From assembly GCF_001194135.2 (NCBI RefSeq), contig NC_069001.1:7683879-7733430 (forward strand): a stretch of DNA of 49,552 nucleotides, given 5' to 3'. This DNA is from Octopus bimaculoides (Eukaryota). The position numbers and the translations under genes are program-made. Numbering within the stretch: position 1 is the first letter of the stretch; each line of letters opens with the position of its first letter. Positions 43,525 through 49,552 of this stretch are shown one piece after another. The notes beneath the pieces are model-generated. The model was given only the letters and a program-made list of their open reading frames with translations. It ran no database searches and was not told the origin of the DNA.

Positions 43525-44933
43525 NNNNNNNNNNNNNNNNNNNNNNNNNNNNNNNNNNNNNNNNNNNNNNNNNNNNNNNNNNNNNNNNNNNNNNNNNNNN
43601 NNNNNNNNNNNNNNNNNNNNNNNNNNNNNNNNNNNNNNNNNNNNNNNNNNNNNNNNNNNNNNNNNNNNNNNNNNNNNNNNNNNNNNNNNNNNNNAACTGA
43701 GTAATTCCCTCTCTTAAAGTATCGCTAGCTTTGTGTCAAAATGTGAATCTATTATGAGAGGAAATTTGGAAAACAATACGGCACTGTGCTGCTATCATAA
43801 TTTCACCAATTTCTAATCACACACACAGACAATTATATATATGTGTGTGTCTGTGTGTGTGTGTATACACACATGTATATATACATCTATACATACACAC
43901 ATATATATGCATACGTATATATACACACACATACACACACTATATATACTTACGTATAAACACATATACACACACTCTATATATGCATACGTATATACAC
44001 ATATACACACACACACACTATATATATATATATATATATATAAATTTATTAATATATTGTATTTTATTAAGTTTATTGTTTATTTTATATATTGAAATAA
44101 ATCAATATCATATTTATTAGTAAAAACTTAAAACACAACTTAAATTAATCTGCTTATTAATAAAATCGGAAAACGCTTTTATTGAAAACGAAACAAAAAT
44201 GTTAACGTTTGGCCCAAGTATCATTATTCACTGCGTAACATCGTGGACGGATCTCGCATTGGTTTCGTTTAGAAGAAAGTCTTCTACAGAACAGTTTGTG
44301 TGTGTGTGTGNNNNNNNNNNNNNNNNNNNNNNNNNNNNNNNNNNNNNNNNNNNNNNNNNNNNNNNNNNNNNNNNNNNNNNNNNNNNNNNNNNNNNNNNNN
44401 NNNNNNNNNNNNNNNNNNNNNNNNNNNNNNNNNNNNNNNNNNNNNNNNNNNNNNNNNNNNNNNNNNNNNNNNNNNNNNNNNNNNNNNNNNNNNNNNNNNN
44501 NNNNNNNNNNNNNNNNNNNNNNNNNNNNNNNNNNNNAACAGGTGTTGTTATGCTTACGTTCCCCGTAACACAGCATTTCGGCGCAGGAAACGGAAAGAAT
44601 AAGTACAGGTTTTGAAAAAAAAAATTACTACTGGGGTCGATTCGTTTTGCCTAAAATCTTTCAGGGCAGTGCCCCAAAATGGTCGCAGTCTAATGACTGG
44701 AACAAGGGCTGGTCTGCCAAGCAAATGGGAAGCAGTTATTGAAGTAGATGGTGAATATGCTCCGGAATAATCGTTTAAAGATGTTTTTGTTACATGTTGT
44801 TATTGTTTTTGTTGAATAAAATTTGTTGTAAAAAAGCCGCAATAATTTTGCACCAAACCAATATATATCTTTTATCTTTTACTTGTTTCTGTCATTAGAC
44901 TGTCGCCATGCTGGGGCACCGCGCGCGCGCGCG

Positions 44934-44974
<41 letters not shown>

Positions 44975-45685
44975 TTCTTAAACAAGAATGTTATTCACTG
45001 GAATGAACGAAGCAGCGAGGTAACAGAAAGGATCCCAAAAGCAACAGTAACAAAATGTTACCACCACCACCACGTCACAGATGAGGGGCAGCAGCAACAC
45101 TGTTGACCTTAAAGAATTGACTTTGGTAAAGATATTAGGTTAAATATAGAGATTTTTAATGCAGAAACATCGGAATCTGCCAAAGACAAATGTTAAAATG
45201 AGAAGAAAAAGAAGAAAACGTGTAGAATAGACTGGCATAATTGACTACGATCGATGATTGATCAAAAACTGAACATCTGTTGGCTTAGTAGCAGCAGCAG
45301 CTCAGGTATTTAAAGAACTTCAAATAAAGTCAATAGGTAGTATATGTATGTGTATGTATATGTGTTGGTGCGTGTGTATCTCTCAGTGAATGTGTGTGTA
45401 TATATTTACATACACATATGAATATATATATATACACAAGCATATATGAACACGCACATGTATATACACGCGTGTAAATCCACTTATCTATGTATGTATG
45501 TATGTATGTATATATATATACACACGCACACACACACATGCATACATATACATGCATATACACACATGCACACCTATATATGTGCATACACACACATATA
45601 TATAACGTAGAAAAAGATTGCAACACAATATGAATTTAATATTAGCTTCGTACTTGCAAGAAAGTAGTGTCTACAACACGCTCGA

Positions 45686-45730
<45 letters not shown>

Positions 45731-46884
45731 CTAAACACATGTTAACATACGTTGTCGTCGTCGTCAATAATGAGTTGGTAGCTCCGAGGAGAAGGTCACA
45801 TGGACCAACTGATGTGATTGGAAAGTCGAACGGCGTGTTCGATAGATTTCTCTCATGACTGACCCACCTCCACGGAATCATTGATAACTTATCGATCCCC
45901 CGATCGCTTAAATTTCTAAAATAAAATTTAAAGCTAGAATTAATAATAAATTTCTTGATTTAAAAACAATAATTCTTACGATCTTTTGTTTTCCAATCGC
46001 TTTTCTAATAAGAAATATTTAAAGAAATTTATTAAAAATACTTAACGGAATTGAAAAATGATCAATAAAGATTCAGACATTATCTTTTATCTTTTACTTG
46101 TTTCAGTCATTAAACTGCGGCCATGCTGGAGCACCACCTTTCAGAATTTTAACCGAACGCATCGACCCCGGTACTTATGGGTTTTTTTTAAAAGCTTTGT
46201 ACTTATTCTATCAGCCCTTAGGAATTTTTTAAATATAAATTTGGTACTCATTCTACCGGTCTCTTTTGCCGAACCACTAAGTTACGTGAGACGTAAACAC
46301 ACCAACACCGGTTGTCAAGCAGAGGGCGGGGAACAAACAAAGACATATGCACACAGATATACATTTGCATATATGACGAGCGTCTTTCGGTTTCCGTTAA
46401 CCAAATGCGCCCACAAGACTTTGGTCGACTCGAGGCTATATTAGAAGACACTTGCGCAAGTTGCCACGCAGTGGACCGAACATGAAACCATGAGGTTGGA
46501 AAGCAAACATCTTACCACACAGCCACATTGATATAGTTGGAATATTTAATATGAAATACGTGTTTGGTGAATATTAATTATTACACAGAAAATTTGACTA
46601 GAAATTAATGAATTTTAGACTTCAATTAACTGCGCTCTTCCAGAATCAGCGCACTAATGAATAATTCAACACCTTTAATGCTTAAAATTGTTTCAAGTGT
46701 TTATCGACCCCTTGGTTAGCCAAATTGACCCCTAAGGGATCAATATTGATCACTTTGCCGATCCTTGCTCTGATGCAAGAACCAACAGCTTTTTGCTTTA
46801 ACCCACCTTTGGATTTTTTCCTTATGTTTTTTTTTTTTAGTCCAAACCTTATGTTAGAAATACACACACACATTGGCCCTCCGT

Positions 46885-47200
46885 CGGTCATGACGACAAT
46901 GGTGCCAGCTGATCCGATCCACGGAACAGCCTGCTCGTGAAATTAACATGCAAGTGGCTGAGCACTCCACAGACACGTGTTCTCTTAAGGTAGTTCTCAG
47001 AGAGATTCAGTGTGACGCAGAGTGTGACAAGGTTAGTCCTTTTGAAAAGCAGGTACAACTCGTTTTTGCCAGTAGAGCGGATTGGAGCAACGAGAAAATG
47101 AAGTACTTTGCTCAAGGACACAACGCACCGCTGGGTTATGAGTCATAACACACGACGTTATGACTACGAGTCGTGTACCCTAACCACTAAGCCACACACC
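46885..47200 (-). mobile_element. SINE family C short subtype; another copy at about 48830-49145 (-)
   Basis: CAGCTGATCCGATCC..GGAACAGCCTGCTCGTGAAATTAAC..TGAGCACTCCACAGACAC..TTGCTCAAGGACACAACGC..CCTAACCACTAAGCC. Confidence 0.85.
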
Positions 47201-47447
47201 TTCACACACACATTTACATGCATACACACACATACTCTTTAGTCTCTCTTTTACTTGTTCCAGTCATTTGACAGTGGCCATGCTGGAGCACCGCCTTTAG
47301 TCGAACAAATCGATCCTAAGGACTTATTCTTTGTAAGCCTAGTACTTATTCTATCAGTCTCTTTCGCGGAACCGATAAGTTACGGGGACGTAAACACACC
47401 AGCATCGGTTGTCAAGCGATGTTGTGGGGACAAAAACAGACACACAA

Positions 47448-47494
<47 letters not shown>

Positions 47495-47682
47495 NNNNNN
47501 NNNNCCACTCACAAGGCTTTGGTCAGCCCGAAGCTATAGTAGAAGACACTCGCCCAAGGTGCCACGCAGTGGGACTGAACCCGGAACCATGTGGTTCGTA
47601 AGCAAGCTACTTACCACACAGCCACTCCATACACGCACGCACATTTACATACACGCACACATTTACATACATGCACGCAAAC

Positions 47683-47721
<39 letters not shown>

Positions 47722-47756
47722 AGGAGACAGAAGGGAGAAAGTAGGATATATGTAAA

Positions 47757-47809
<53 letters not shown>

Positions 47810-48171
47810 CATATATATATATATATCCACACACATGCGCGCATGTCACATACACGTGCACGCATGTATGTGTGACAATGGATCAGCCGAAGTTAGAGAT
47901 TGCACAGATCGCAATTTAATGATCCGGTAAATTTAAATTATCGTTTCTCTACGTGATTCTACAAACTCCGTGGAGGCCTCTTACGTAGTTCATTAATTCA
48001 GTTGAAACCCCTGTTGCGTTAATTTCATTATTTCTGTGAATTTTCATTACAAGGGCTTCAACGTTGTGTGCCCCGACTCTCTTCCATGATTCATTAACTG
48101 GCATCTATTAACTTTATACACATTACAAGCTATCATCATTAATTGTTTCATTTAAACCAACTTTCTCATTC

Positions 48172-48221
<50 letters not shown>

Positions 48222-48222
48222 A

Positions 48223-48257
<35 letters not shown>

Positions 48258-49552
48258 AAATGCCGAAATATCAGAATATTAAAGCGATATATATGTTTTT
48301 CAATGCTGTATTTTAATGGCTCGCCTTAAGCAATTTCATAAATTATCCATACGCTATATTCATTAATTTTATGTAGGAAAGAACTCCTCACAAATTTTTC
48401 ACCAATTCTCTCTCTTTGTCTCTCTCTGTGACCATTTTTCATGTTGCTTATTAATTCTATCACAAACACAGAGCATGTTTCGTCATTTTTGAATATCAGT
48501 TATTTTGCGAAATCTCTCGCTCGACACAAATTATGACAAGAGTCAACAAGTGAAAATAAGCCACTCGTATGATATAGATCTGATAACGAAGCATTTCAGA
48601 GAGATTATTGTAGACGCTAGTGTTCACAACTTATCTGTTGTCCCACAACATATGCACATACAGAGAGAGAGAGAGAGAGAAGAGTGTGTGTGTGTTGTTG
48701 TTGTTGTTGGACAGTTCAAAACACATTACTTTGTACGTTTGTTAGAAAACAGCTCCGTCCTTAAACAAAGATTTCAAATAACTGTAAATAGCAAAGAACG
48801 AACAAACGTACGTAGCTACAGCTGATACACTGCCGGTTATGACGAAGAAAACCCCCAGTTGATCTGATCAACGGAACAGCCTGCTCGTGAAACGAACCTG
48901 CAAGTGGCTGAGCACTCCGCAGACACGCGTACCCTTAACGTAGTTCTCAGGGAGATTCAGTGTAACACAAAGTGTGACAAGGCTGGCCCTTTGAAATACA
49001 GGTACTACTCATTTTTACCAGCTGAGTGGACCGGAACAACTTGAAATAAAGTGTCTTGCTCAAGGACACAACGCGCTGCCGGATATCGAACTCATTACCT
49101 TACGACCGTGATCCAAATACACTAACCACAAAGCCACGTACCTTCACGACATACATACATACATACATACATACTTTCCCAATTCACTAAGAAGCAACAA
49201 ATTAAAGAACTCAATACAAGTATAGAGTATTCGTTAAGACATTAGAACTAAAAGGTTCAACTTTCCAGTTTCAGGTTTTCGCTCATTTTGCTGGTAATGC
49301 GTTTATTCATGAATTACTTCAATTATCATATTACACAGGAAGTTACCGAGAAAATTACTTTAAAATGCGTAGTTTACTTTTTAAACGACAGGGTGAAAAA
49401 AACAACCATGTGAGCAATACGAGAAGAAACGGCTGTTTCACGCTGACGCTTTGTATTTCAGTTCTGGTTTTCATGGAAATACACCAAACGTCAGATATCG
49501 CTCGTGTTTAACTTCAGAGATTTATAAGTCTGTAAGCTAGACATTAATAAGC

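Overview
AT-rich, microsatellite-saturated animal genomic DNA with 15 N-gaps and no prokaryotic features. The SINE/LINE repertoire looks like that of an octopus (cephalopod) genome. This is an inference from recognising repeat families, not a database result. Most of the window is interspersed repeats: three tRNA-headed SINE families (called A, B and C here), an RTE-type 3' module (D), and decayed LINE fragments (RTE, L1/Tx1-like, R4/Dong-like). There are also hAT and piggyBac-like MITEs, two 22-bp minisatellites and many (CA)n/(TA)n/(ATT)n tracts. Nearly all ORFs in the supplied track are microsatellite or gap artefacts. A few short exon-like segments (2.4, 15.4, 17.3, 28.8 and 30.8 kb) may belong to one large minus-strand gene that I cannot name. 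A sharp switch from CpG-depleted to CpG-retaining sequence near 32.3-33 kb fits the edge of a methylated gene body. The most notable items are: (1) a near-canonical minimal type I hammerhead ribozyme (9938-9980) inside a 281-bp element bounded by 31-bp inverted repeats; (2) two related variant-core hammerhead-like motifs; (3) a SINE-A variant that shares its 3' tail with an L1/Tx1-like LINE and forms tandem units at a fixed site in another SINE head.
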